Origin: Nemertoderma westbladi
Taxonomy: Eukaryota; Animalia; Xenacoelomorpha
Assembly (NCBI GenBank): GCA_032718475.1
Contig: JAUCBJ010002560.1
Span: 1 to 38,531, forward strand
DNA: 38,531 bases
Reading direction: 5' to 3'
Position numbers and translations under genes: made by a program. Positions 1-10,306 of the stretch are shown here, one piece after another (position 1 is the stretch's first letter; each line of letters starts with the position of its first letter). The notes under the pieces were generated by a model. The model saw only the letters and a list, made by a program, of their open reading frames with translations. It ran no database searches and was not told where the DNA came from.

Positions 1-192
1 CCACAGATAGCTGGAAGTGGGGCCAGACTGTGGCATGAACAGGGACAAAATAACAACACGAACAAATATAACCCCAACACGCCCAGTAGGCCAAATTCAA
101 ATAACCAAAACACTAAACCGGTAGACGTAAACCTACGCGCAATACGTGTAGGGTTATATAGGGAACGTTACAACCCAGAATACAATTGTCAA

Positions 193-3100
193 TTGCATAA
201 AGACAGGACCCATAAGACCATGGACTGTAAGCATTGGCAGGCGTTACCCAAACAAGATCGGAAAGCCTATGCGGATAAGAATGGAATTTGTCACCGATGT
301 GTGATAGGGGGACACAAGGTTGAAGAGTGTAAGGAGACACCAGTAAGATTCGGTCAAGGCAAAGGTCAAACAATGGCGACAAGCACCATAGGGGCGAAGA
401 GGAGAGGAACGGTACTACTCGGGGTAGTACCAGTGAGGGTGATAGGGGAAGGCGGTCGATCAGTAACCTCATTGATGCTGGTCGACAGTGGAGCAGCCTT
501 CACATTGGTAGAGAATTGGGTGGCCGAAGAGATAGGACTAAAGACGAGGCCAAGTAGGATGGCGGTAACAACCATCTCCAGCAAAGATGAGGTCCTGGAG
601 ATGAGGACGGGACAGTGCGAGATAGCAGCGATAGCACCGGGATGCGATTATGGGGCGACCATCGACCCCATCCAGGTAATAGAATCGATCAATATCAACG
701 CCAGGCGACCAACCAACATCGAGGTCGAACAATACAGATTCCTGGACAACATCAATTTCTCGATACCGGAAGTGGACGTCAGGAAGGTATCCATCATAGT
801 GGGAATGGATTGCCCGACGGCCCACGAGAGAATGCAAACGGTCTTCGGCGAAGACAGACAACGTGACCTGATGGCAATTCTAACACCATTCGGGTGGACG
901 CTAAGCGGCCCAATTAAAACCAAGATTCCATTTAGGATGTCGGAGACATCAGGGTGCATGTTCGCGGGAACTATGAGGGAGATGGAAGATGAAGGAGCGG
1001 AGGAGCAGCTCAGGAGATTGCTGAGACAGGACTTTGAGGGACTAAAGGAGACTGGGGTCAGAACCTCGGTAGAGGATAAACAAGCGATACAAAGCATGAA
1101 GGACTCGATGAGATGCGAGGAGGGACGGTACACCATAGGCATGGTTTTGGAAACAGACGAAGCTACCGTTGCCTGACAACAAGAGGATGGTACTCACGAG
1201 GCTTCGCAAACTGAAGCAAACGCTGAAACAGAGCCCCGAAAAGGATGTGTACATCCACAAGACAATAAAGAAGTATGTCGAGAAAGGATGGGCCGTGGAG
1301 TTGCCGGTTGACGAACCGAACACGGACAGGACCTACTATCTGCCACTTCATGTGGCTTTAGATCCAAAGAAAGGTAAATTGCGGATGGTAGTTGTCGCAT
1401 CGGCTAAAACCAACGGCAAGTGCCTAAACGACTATCTGCTGGAGGGCCCCAATATCTATAACTCGGGAATCGAGGTCCTACTGAGATTCAGAAATGGGAG
1501 ACATGCCTTCACCTGCGACATCGAAGGCATGCTCAACCAAGTCCGTGTGACAGAGGAGGATAGCGACAGCCAGCGCTTCCTATGGTACAACAGCAACGAG
1601 GAACTGTCGACAATACCGATGTACAAGATGGTGGTGCAGAACATGGGAGCCAAGTCGTCCTCATTTATGACGACTGTGGCTGTAAGAGATACAGTAGAGG
1701 GGAAAGATAAGGGAAGTATAAGTGCCTAAGGGAAGTATAGTGCCTAAGCGATCGATATGATTCGACGCGGCTTCTACGTAGACGACGGGATGGAGTCTGG
1801 AAACACGGTTAAAGAATTTCTGGACACAAGGCGCGAGGTTCGCGACATCCTGAAAGGATTTGGATTTAACCTGGCCAAGTTTCAATCCAGCGCAGAGGAG
1901 TTTATGAAAGCCATAGAGGACAGGCGGCCAGATTCGACAATGGACAACCCCACGACAGCCAAAGGACAGGACATGGCGAACAAAAGAGTGGATTCTCAGC
2001 AGAAGGCGCTGGGGATCGTATGGAACCGGAGACAGACGAGTTCAAGTATCAACTGAGCCAGGAGGGCGCGGACACCCACACAAAGTGGGGCTATGTATCA
2101 TACATAGCAAGGATATACGATCCCTTAGGCCTAGCATCCCCATTGTTAGTCACGGGGAAACAGATACTTAAGAAAGTATACAAGTTAAAGGACGAGTGGG
2201 ATACAGAGGTCCCGGATGAAATTAGCAAGCAATGGAGTAAGTGGAAGGGGAGTTTAGAACAGATGGGGACGTACAGCATGCCACGCGTGTATTTTCCGGA
2301 CGGGGACAGGACGGACTAGTACAGCGGGGGGCTTATAAGCCCAGACTTGCATTCAGTAAAGCAAAGTCGACGCCGCCAGATTCAGCGTCAGTCCCGAAAC
2401 TCGAGTTGACAGCTGCAAGACTAGGTGTAAGGGCCACAGCCTAATTGATGGACACTATTCCCAACATAGTGGAAACACACTACTGGACGGACTCCATGGT
2501 AGTGCTCGGGTGGCTGCACAACGAGAAGACGAGGTACCCTATATTCGTCGCGAATAGGGTGGACGAAATAAGGGCGACGACAGACTTGGAAAGGTGGCAC
2601 TACTGCCGAACAGACGAGAACCCAGCAGACTTGTTATTGAGGGGCGTGGCACGACATACTTTCTTAAAGAAGGAAGTGTTGTGGCAGCACGGGCCACACT
2701 TCCTGAACGATAGATCGGCCTGGCCACCAATGAAGAAGGTGGACCCAGGTTAAGAGGAAGTAGCACCAGGGGGAGAGGAAGAAGACTCAGAAGGAGAAGA
2801 GATATATATTCAGATGGTGAGGGAAGTCAGGGAGGTGCAACCGAAATTAGAAGAGCCATGTGACAACCCGACAGATAGGCTACTTAGTTACAGCTCTAGC
2901 TGGTACAAGACCAAGAAGTTGGTGGCGTAATGGAGGGCCTACAGGGATTTCCTCAAGGGAGTTGGCAAGGACGCCAAGAAGAAACCAAATGCTAAAGCCT
3001 AAGGCCGTGATACGGTATTGACAGAGAAAGACAGAGACTGAACAACAACAGCCTTATCATCCCACCAAAACCCATTATCATCCCCAACAGGTCGCCGATA

Positions 3101-4234
3101 GTCCACCAGATCATTTGGGACTCCTACAAGTCGATATTGCACGGAGGCACCAACCAGACCCTCACAGAAATTTGGAGGACCTTCTGGATTGCGCAGTTAA
3201 GGAAGAAGGTGAAGGCGGTAGTGGGGTATTGCCAGACCTGCCGACGGATGAGAAAGGAGTGGGCCGTACAGGAGATGGCGCCATTACCGGTCAGTAGGGT
3301 GAGACAGCACGACCCGCCATTCACGCACTGCGGCATAGACATGTTCGGGCCGATCAAGATCAAGGTGATGCGACACACAGAGAAACGATACGGCATCATC
3401 TTCGTATGTAACAACACGAGGGCGGTAGGAATAGAACTCGCCCAAGACGCCACGGCATCGGCATTCATCAATGCCTTAGAGCGATTTAGAAACCGCAAAG
3501 GTGGAACGATTGCAGTGATCTATTCCGAGAATGGAACGAACTTTGTGGGAGCAGAGAACGAGTTGGCGGAGGCCTTGGACATCCTGGAAGGAGAAGAGGT
3601 CAGGGAAGCCATGCAGAGATGACAGGTGAAGTGGGAAAGGAGGACGCCGTATGCGCCGCATACTTTAGGATGTGTCGAGAGACTTGTGGGTAGTTCCAAG
3701 CGTCGATTGACGAAGTTGATGAACACCCACATGGTGACAGAGGACATTCTAAGGACGGTGCTAGCTAAGTGCGAGGGAATCATCAATAGCAGACCGCTAT
3801 ATCCAGAGAATGACGACCCGGAATCACTAGACGTGCTAACACCGAGCCACTTTCTGATGGAAAGGCCGGCGACCATCGCCATGCGGGGAGTAGACCCAGT
3901 TGACATACACTCCCGACAGAGTTGGAAAGTCGCCAAGGCGATAAGCACAGAGTATTGGAGGAGGTGGGTCGAGGAATATCTACCCACATTACACAGAAGG
4001 AGCAAGTGGAGAAATACCACTAGAGAGTTAAAGAAAAGTGATTTAGTGATCGTCACCGACGACACAATCATCAACAATCAGTGGAGGCTAGCGAGAGTAG
4101 TAGACACTTACCCCGACGAGGACGGAAGAGTCCGATCAGTGGAAGTGCGGATAGGGGGTAAGATAGGAGCAAAGGATAGGAAGACCTACAGGAGGGTTGT
4201 AGGAAAGTGCACCCCAGAGTTTAGTCATCCATGA
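193..4234 (+). pseudogene. Disrupted gag-pol polyprotein of the BEL/Pao element
   Basis: Coding sequence is split over ORFs 193-1176, 1169-1729, 1757-2056, 2020-2319, 2445-2753, 3137-3622 and 3626-4234 by frameshifts and stops. A ~19-bp tandem duplication at ~1709-1748 breaks RT. The second integrase catalytic Asp reads IYSENG instead of IYSDNG. Confidence 0.9.
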
Positions 4235-4242
4235 GTTGGACT

Positions 4243-4250
4243 GAGGGGGG
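4243..4250 (+). promoter_or_regulatory. Polypurine tract (PPT)
   Basis: GAGGGGGG lies just after the integrase stop and directly before TG at 4251, the usual BEL PPT position. Confidence 0.6.
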
Positions 4251-4532
4251 TGGGATTGAGGGCGAAACGCCCTTCCCACGCAAAATATTAAAATAAAAAA
4301 ATAAAATAAAATAATAGAAAGAAAGTTAGAAAGGAGAAAGTCAGAAAGTGATAGTATTAGATAGTACGTAGCACTAAGTAGTAGTTAGAAAGTCAGCAGA
4401 AATTAGTTGTAGTTAGAAAGTTAGTAGTAGTTAGAAAGTTAGCAGAAGTTAGTTGTAGTTAGAAAGTTAGTAGTAGTTAGAAAGTTAGCAGAAGTTAGTA
4501 AGAGTTAGAAAGTTAATAGAAGTTAGTAAGAG

Positions 4533-4826
4533 TAAGAGTTAGAAGTTAGAGATCAGGGAGTGTGGTATAGAGACATACCACGGGAGTAAGAGGGTACATA
4601 GTACCGTAAGAGTTAGAAGTTAGAGATCAGGGAGTGTGGTATAGAGACATACCACGGGAGTAAGAGGGTACATAGTACCTTAAGAGTTAGAAGTTAGAGA
4701 TCAGGGAGTGTGGTATAGAGACATACCACGGGAGTAAGAGGGTACATAGTACCGTTAGATTTAGAAGAATAGGGAGTGTGGTATAGAGACATACCACGAG
4801 GGTAGTAGGAGGGTACATAGTACCGT
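4533..4826 (+). repeat. 74-bp tandem repeat (3 near-identical copies plus 1 diverged), each with two hairpins
   Basis: GATCAGGGAG recurs at 4551, 4625 and 4699. Each unit carries GTGGTAT-agagac-ATACCAC and GGTAC-ata-GTACC. Confidence 0.9.
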
Positions 4827-4834
4827 TGGAATAA

Positions 4835-5010
4835 GAGAGTTAGAGAGTTAGTAGAGTTGGAGAGTTAGTAGAGTTGGAGAGTTAGTAGAGTTGGAGAGTT
4901 AGTAGAGTTAGAGAGTTAGTAGAGTTAGAGTTAGAGAGTTAGTAGAGTTAGGGAGTTAGTAGAGTTAGTAGAGCTAGTGGAGTTAGTAGAGTTAGCAGTA
5001 ATAGAGTAGA
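4835..5010 (+). repeat. Purine-rich minisatellite (AGAGTTAGTAGAGTTGG)n; related (AGTTAGAA/AGTTAGTA)n array at ~4380-4530
   Basis: Directly visible periodicity of about 17 bp. Confidence 0.85.
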
Positions 5011-6468
5011 GAATATGGTATATGGATACAACACACCATAGCAGTAAGTAGTAAGTACATAGTAAGAGACAAGTAAAGAGGTGGGTACGATGATAGCACA
5101 GAACAGGGGCAAATACAGATAAAACAAAAAAAATCAAAATTAAAATTAAGAATATCAGGACCACCCCCGAACTACAGAAGAGCCTTCAAGGTGACCTTCG
5201 AAGGTCTGGTGACCACCCGGGGCTGAAGGGCGAGTCGGTGTACTACAACAACCGGCATCTAGTAGACAGGGAGGTGGATTTGGATACACCATATCAGAGG
5301 TGGGAGAAGTTGGAAGCGGATAGACTTGAGGAGAAGCAACTGGAAGAAGTCGCCAAACGAGAAAGGCGGAGAAAGAATGAAACGGGCGAGACTGGGAGTG
5401 ACGAGTCATATCACCTCCGAGCGAGGGGGTTAAGGCGCGTCATGTAGATGAGCATATAATATAATATATAATTATAATAATTAATTGTTATATATAACTC
5501 ATATATATATTATACAGTATGTACCGTAGTCAAGTACAACCTTTTTCCAATTAGCTACTGGGACTGGGGACTAATTGACTAGGGCGACAGGGCGGGACTT
5601 AGACGGCTCCCACTAACATGATGCGAACATGTGTGGGGCCCAATAAGTGTATAAGGGATGAAAGCGAGAATGGGAATCGGGGGGAAGAATGGAGGAGGTG
5701 TTGACACGATGAGGGAAAGTGAGAGGAGTGCGATTCGGGTGTGGGGAGCGAGTAAGATAGAGTAGAGTGGAGTTAGAGTGGAGCTGAAGTGGAGTTAGAG
5801 TGAACTTAGAGTGAGAGGAGTTTTTAAAATTGTGTGAGGAGTCCACAATTGTCTCAAACAGAGACGTCAGATGTCTTGGTGCAACATAGGTTGCGGTTGC
5901 ACCAAGAAGGGGTAGTAACATCATACCCAGAGGGAGCGGCCTGGAAAGCCGACTCCAAGAAAAGAACTCCACCCCACACCCGATAATAGATCGGGTTCCA
6001 GCGGAATTGAAGCGCACTTACAGGTGATGCTATCTTCTCACCGGGAAGATAGCATGGGGGGGAGTGTATGCGGATTCAATTCCGCCGCACTACCCTCACA
6101 AATTTGGGAAGTGGCACCCTTTTCAGCAATATGTTGGAGATACGAGATTGGCAATAACCAATCTCGTATCACAACCAACACCGGGGACAACACAAACCCC
6201 AAAGCCACACAAAGGAAGGTTAGAGGTCAATCCACCTCGGGAGGGGAAACAACCAGCAGGGGCCAACAGCAGGGGGAAGCACTCCCAGAGAGGGGAGAGG
6301 CGTGAAGTAGATTATCAGCCAATAGGGGCGAGGGAGAGCATCCACTAGGTGAAAGGCCGCAGTAGTATAGGAGTAATCACATATATATTATCCTGCTACC
6401 GGTCTGTGAATCAGTCAGTTATCAGTTATTGGTTTTAGGTGTAATATTATGGGTTTGTTCAGAAGTGG

Positions 6469-6570
6469 AAAAAATGGGAGCGCGTCACCGGGGGTTGAAC
6501 CAGCGCTATACGTACGTTTCGGCCTAACAGGCCTCATCAGTAGCGCTAACCAGCTCAGCCACTAGCCCCT
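6469..6570 (-). promoter_or_regulatory. tRNA-like internal Pol III unit (A box, B box, oligo-T terminator) enclosing the hammerhead
   Basis: Minus strand: A box TGGCTGAGCTGG (6561-6550), B box GGTTCAACCCC (6501-6491), then GCTCCCA-TTTTTT (T6 at 6474-6469). Confidence 0.7.
6502..6547 (-). ncRNA. Minimal type-I hammerhead ribozyme
   Basis: Minus strand reads AGCGCUA-CUGAUGA-GGCCU-guu-AGGCC-GAAA-CGUACG-UA-UAGCGCU. It has a perfect 7-bp stem I, an invariant CUGAUGA/GAAA core, a 5-bp stem II, a palindromic short stem III (ACGUACGU) and a GUA cleavage triplet (cut between 6509 and 6508). Confidence 0.9.
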
Positions 6571-7807
6571 GACACTCACAGTCCCACCTAATTTGGTTTT
6601 AGTGCAGACCGGTGACAATCCTCACCGTCACCAATATATCCACATACCGGTACCCATCGAAACTATACCATTCGTTACCCTTTATTGTGCTATTATTCAG
6701 TTGCCCATCATTATTACCCATATTCAATATTAACATTCAAAGTATCAAAGAGATAACAACAAAATCTTATTTTATTATTTCACTACTACGGTGACGCGTA
6801 GCTTATTCATCCGGTCGGGATCCCTTGATCCCGTCACAGTATTATTAAATGCGTAATATAACTAGAAAGCCAGCAAGCTGGCTGGAAGGAGCCCGGGGGA
6901 AAAATCCTAGCCAAGACTATTACAAAGAACTATGTCAGTCAGCAGTAAGTAAACTAAACACTTGTCTAAACTGTAAGGCGTGAGGCTAGCTGACTTTGTG
7001 GCTCGCCCCACATAATAAAAAATGCAACTTAGCTACCACTAACAAAAATATAATATGAAGCAAATAATTTCATTATCAAGCACGTTTACAAGATATAAGA
7101 TGCGATTACCGAATATTTATAAAAAATGCCCATGATGCACAACCAGATAAATAACAACGAATAGAGCCAAATAACAAATTTAGTTTCCTTCTATAGGTAT
7201 TACCCCGTCGTCAAGCGGAATATCTCTTCCCAGTGAATTCTATGTGAATATGTAATATAGGTACTCCTTAGGCGGTAGGCCAGAGCGGGCTCCTTAAATA
7301 CATGCAACTACTGTATTATAGTGTAGGTCAACTATAAAACATTTTGCAATCCACAGTGAGTATCGACTGAAATAGGACACAACACACTGCTTTGTGTAAC
7401 TAAAATTCATTCTCCTGATCCACCCCCTAACATAGCAGAGTGAGTAACCTTATTGTAGATATACCCTTAGGAAGCACTGGGAGAGCAATCAGCTTATGGG
7501 GTAATACATTAGAAACCAACAGCTTATGTGTGAGTTTCCTTATAGCCTACTAGTAAAACTTGGCAACCAACACGTTTTTCTATGACTGTGTATAACATAT
7601 TAAGCCATATTTCATCATGAACACCAGCTGTTATTTTACCATTGCTTTTAATTTCGCGACAAAACAATGTCAAAAAACTAAATATATCGAATACCACACA
7701 TAGAATCGATCTGAAATTTTGTAACGCGATTATGAACCACCAAAGCAATGTACTTGCAAAATTTTATCAAAATCGCCAGGCAGGAAGTGCCTTAACCTAG
7801 ATAATTA

Positions 7808-7852
7808 TCAGTCAGTATGTCAGTCAGTATGTCTGTCAGTATGTCAGTCAGT
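7808..7852 (+). repeat. (GTCA/GTAT) compound microsatellite, probably inside a non-autonomous element
   Basis: gtcagtatgtcagtcagtatgtctgtcagtatgtcagtcagt. Confidence 0.6.
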
Positions 7853-8379
7853 GTAATGTATCCTGAGATTTTTATTACAGAAAGTATCCCTGAGATTCTT
7901 ACAGTAAGTATCCCGCTTATTGGCACTGATAATACGCATTTGGCTGTCGCATCGTTTGGAAGCGAGAAATCGTGGGCATTACCTCCACTATTGGGTTTTA
8001 ACTCCTTATTTATGGCGTTTAGTTCGCAAACAATGTATTGGGCCTCTTTGCTTAATTTCGGGGCCTCCATTTATATCACATACACAGGGGTAACTTAACT
8101 ATAACACTTAACTATAACGCAATACCACAATGCTTCACAGATTCACCCTTAAACCCCACTAATACCAAGTGTGGTAAAGTTGGAATAAGATAACCCGCTG
8201 CAATTTGTGATGAAATCGTAAAAGGGGCCTAGTGGAATCATGCATTCGTTGATTACAATGTAGCCATCTATCATATCCAGATTATGTCGAATGATCCTGT
8301 ACATTGGCTATAGGCGTCTATTATAATAGGAGGCAGCAACGTTAGGTGATCCCTTGATTGGCTGAATCTCTAACATTAA

Positions 8380-8720
8380 CGTATCAGGTACTCCAAAAAG
8401 GCCAAGATTTTGACAGTTAACTTTGAAAGTCCTCAGCAAGTCTCTGACCAGATGAGCATAAGCTCAAAGGATGTGGACGACTTCTGTTACCTGGGATCAT
8501 GGATGCGAAATTTAGGTGAGGACCTTCGAATACGTAGGGTCATCGGAAACTTAAGGTCCGATTATTTATAGCAGCAGTAGTTCCAGTACTCCTCTATGGA
8601 AGTCCATGCCGGGCTCTAACTGCTGAGGACGCCAAATCTCTGGATGAAACATTCACAAGAATGCTACGCCGGGTTCATTGTGTCAAGTATAATGCACACA
8701 TCTCCAACCAGACACTATCC
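8380..8720 (+). mobile_element. RTE-clade LINE fragment (end of RT / thumb region)
   Basis: Translates DFCYLGSW and LKVRLFIAAVVPVLLYGSPCRALTAEDAKSLDETFTRMLRRV. It is nearly the reverse complement of ~21487-21655. Confidence 0.8.
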
Positions 8721-8729
8721 AGAATTGGA

Positions 8730-9232
8730 TTTTTGTATGCTATGTAAATGATATGATAAGTAGTAATAGATCCCGATTTTAAACTCATTTTATATGCCGA
8801 CGACAGTGCTCTTATTTTCTCTCATAAAGATCCTATCCATATTTCCCAAAAGTTAAGTGCAGTTCTAGAATCCTGTAATGAGTGGTTGGTTGATAATAAG
8901 CTATCCATTCACTACGGTAAGACCGAAAGTATTTTGTTTGGTTCTAAAAGAAAGTTAAAGAAGGTAACTAAGTTTGAAGTCACTACTAATGGACATAAGA
9001 TTGAAAATAAAAAGGAAGTTAAATATTTAGGCGCCACATTGGATAACAGCTTATCAGGAGAAAGCACAGTGAAAAATATTTTCTCGAAAGTTAACAGTAG
9101 GCTTAGGTTTCTATACAGAAATAAAAATAGTTTAAACACCGACTCCCGCAAGTTACTTTGCTCTTCTTTAATACAGTGTCACATGGACTATGCATGCTCT
9201 TCTTGGTATGAAAGCTTAACCAAACAGCTTAA
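8730..9232 (+). mobile_element. L2/CR1-group (Crack/Daphne-like) LINE RT fragment, left half
   Basis: Contains YVNDM, LILYADDSAL, WLVDNKLSIHYGKTESILFGS, VKYLGATLD and CHMDYACSSWY. Interrupted at TTAA 9229-9232. Confidence 0.88.
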
Positions 9233-9542
9233 GGGGGGGTAGCATCCTTTTGGACTTGCTCCACGGTTTTGCTTATAGCAAGGACAATTTTGATTTCTAG
9301 ACCACATTATTTGGTCCAAGGCTCCTACAGATGTTGCTCTTCACGTTTCTGGAAAAAAATTTATTTTTAATTAAAATGATTAAATTTTTAATCGAATTAT
9401 TTACATTTTTAATTAAAATTAATTGAAACCCTAATGCTTTAGATCTACTGTACTTTCCATGGGAATGTAAGATTTGGTAATAATGCTTTCAATAAGGTAT
9501 AAATTGAAAGCTTTCAGCTCTGATTTTGAAAATTTCCAAAAA

Positions 9543-9561
9543 TGGCCACTAGGTGGCGCTA
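9543..9561 (+). promoter_or_regulatory. CTCF-consensus-like motif in the transposon subterminal region
   Basis: TGGCCACTAGGTGGCGCTA closely follows the canonical CTCF core. Binding is not demonstrated. Confidence 0.4.
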
Positions 9562-10306
9562 CAAATTTGCACATCAGTTGAACCGATCTTTTATTGGGAA
9601 AAACAAGATTGTTTTCAAATAATTTGAAAATTCTGACCTGGAAGTTTTGTCGAGAAGTGCGCTGCTGACATCATATCCAAAATTCAGATCAATAGCTTCA
9701 AAAATGACAGACTAGTAGGGTTTTGAAGAGAAAAAAAACCATTCTGAGATAAATGCCTTCAAAGTTCAAATGAAGAGATTTTTCAATATATTTTCGAAAG
9801 AATCACTTCTTTCGAAATGATTTCAACAGAATTTCCAACAAAAATATGCACAGGGGGGTTTTCGACACCGGGGAATAACATGGCCAGGTTATTTTTTCAA
9901 TCCGATGTCCGTGTGTCCGTCTGTCCATCTGTCTGTCTCACTGACTGTGACCAGTAGCATTGCAATTTAGCATGAATTCAGCTAAAAATATGAATAGATT
10001 TTCAGTAATGGAGAGAAGCATGGCAGGTTGTTTTTTAAATCCATGGGTTAGTTATGTGGATCTGCTCTAGTCTTTTTGTCATTACAGACAGACAGACAGT
10101 CTGTCTGTCTGTCTGATATTTTGATCAATTATGATACACAGCTTGGCTGAATACAGTATAAAACAAAATAGCAAATAAACCATCTATTTGGCAATCACAG
10201 TTTTATTCATTCTGAAAAATACTGTATAATGTATAGGCCTCTAATCCTAAGCCAAATATATAAACCCAAACACGATTTCATAGTCTTGAGGAACCTACTA
10301 GTGTTC

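Larger units (their letters stand above)
1..6381 (+). mobile_element. BEL/Pao LTR retrotransposon, decayed; 5' part lies outside the window
   Basis: Domain order is gag zinc knuckle (CHRCVIGGHKVEEC, ~288-330), aspartic protease (LVDSGA, ~480), RT (YYLPLH..KLRMV..AS, DIEGMLNQV, FYVDD ~1775), Pao-type RNase H (SYIARIYDPLG, VPKLELTAA, YWTDSMVVLGW, NPADLL), then integrase (HGG..C..C, GIDMFGP, NGTNFVGA, VERLV, LTPSHFL, DGRVRSVEV). This order and these motifs are diagnostic of BEL/Pao. The right boundary is inferred. Confidence 0.93.
4251..6381 (+). repeat. Probable 3' LTR (~2.1 kb)
   Basis: Starts TGGGATT after the PPT and ends AATCACA (reverse complement TGTGATT, 6/7 match). Contains a CCAAT plus TATAAG-like element at ~5640-5655. 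The 5' LTR is outside the window, so it cannot be confirmed. Confidence 0.45.

Noticed and set aside
113-4077. Minus-strand ORFs over the BEL element (e.g. 648-1142, 3520-4077)
   Set aside because: Antisense shadows of gag-pol.
4533-4826. CRISPR-like array (palindromic repeats at regular spacing)
   Set aside because: The intervening sequences are identical rather than unique spacers, the context is a eukaryotic LTR, and there are no cas genes.
5874-5907. 12-bp inverted repeat TCTTGGTGCAAC/GTTGCACCAAGA as an LTR end plus primer-binding site
   Set aside because: It could not be matched to a tRNA 3' end, and no convincing gag follows. It is kept only as an LTR-internal hairpin.
6861-6885. Helitron 3' end on the minus strand (hairpin plus CTAG-T)
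   Set aside because: The hairpin is only 2 nt from CTAG, and no matching 5' TC terminus could be placed.
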